From Tubiluchus corallicola (Eukaryota > Animalia > Priapulida): DNA of 64,000 nucleotides. The notes under the pieces were generated by a model. It saw only the letters and a program-made list of their open reading frames with translations, searched no databases and was not told the DNA's origin. The DNA lies in assembly GCA_030141605.1 (NCBI GenBank), contig JAQGDQ010000024.1, forward strand, positions 930,001 to 994,000, written 5' to 3'. Below are positions 63,671 to 64,000 of the stretch, in pieces. The translations under genes and the position numbers were made by a program. Within the stretch, counting starts at the first letter, position 1, and each line of letters begins with the position of its first letter.

Positions 63671-64000
63671 CTGAAATTACATATAAGAACATGTTCAAAA
63701 CAATAGTTGGAGTCCAACAATACAGTACAAACAATGCTAAGCACAAAAGTGATAAAACGACTATTCTTCTCAAATTATACTAGTATATGTACAAGTTTAT
63801 TACTTGCAATAATAAAATTCATACGCATAAATGCGCAAGTGAAATAGTGACAAAATATATGTTACCAACACAAGTTTTACAAAAATTATAAAAATTAATC
63901 TGTGAAATGCAAACGGTATTATGGCATACGTACTTTTTGATCGACGCCTCACTAGAAAAAACAAAAAGGGTGATATAAAATAAATCTAACGTAGCCACAC

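Noticed and set aside
63671-63773. Signal-peptide-like MRRIVVLSLLCLALFVLYC at the start of ORF 63531..63773
   Set aside because: The first codon is TTG, not ATG, and a good acceptor (atttcag) lies at 63671; more likely intron sequence
1-64000. Prokaryotic features (operons, CRISPR array, rRNA/tRNA genes)
   Set aside because: Spliceosomal gene structure throughout; no repeat-spacer array or complete RNA gene seen

Overview
AT-rich animal (invertebrate-like) genomic DNA. Almost the whole window is the interior of one very large minus-strand, multi-exon gene that runs off both ends; no start or stop codon is in view. I traced about 70 GT-AG exons by hand, and their phases join into one reading frame of roughly 3,700-3,800 aa, apart from one exon cut by a 100-N gap. 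In transcript order it encodes a CASPR/neurexin-IV-type fibrinogen-like domain, 3 V-type Ig domains, a SUEL (Gal/Rha-binding) lectin domain and 27 more V-type Ig domains resembling the lachesin/DIP/IgLON N-terminal domain. Almost every Ig domain is split into a phase 1-0 'A' half-exon and a phase 0-1 'B' half-exon. Exceptions: three fused B+A exons and one domain with an extra intron. There are also several in-frame linker micro-exons and a very recent ~2.17-kb two-domain tandem amplification ending at the gap. Introns hold DNA-transposon relics (Academ-like with a nested TA-MITE, hAT Buster/Charlie, hAT Tip100), LINE/SINE fragments and microsatellites. Family assignments come from motif recognition only; no database search was run.
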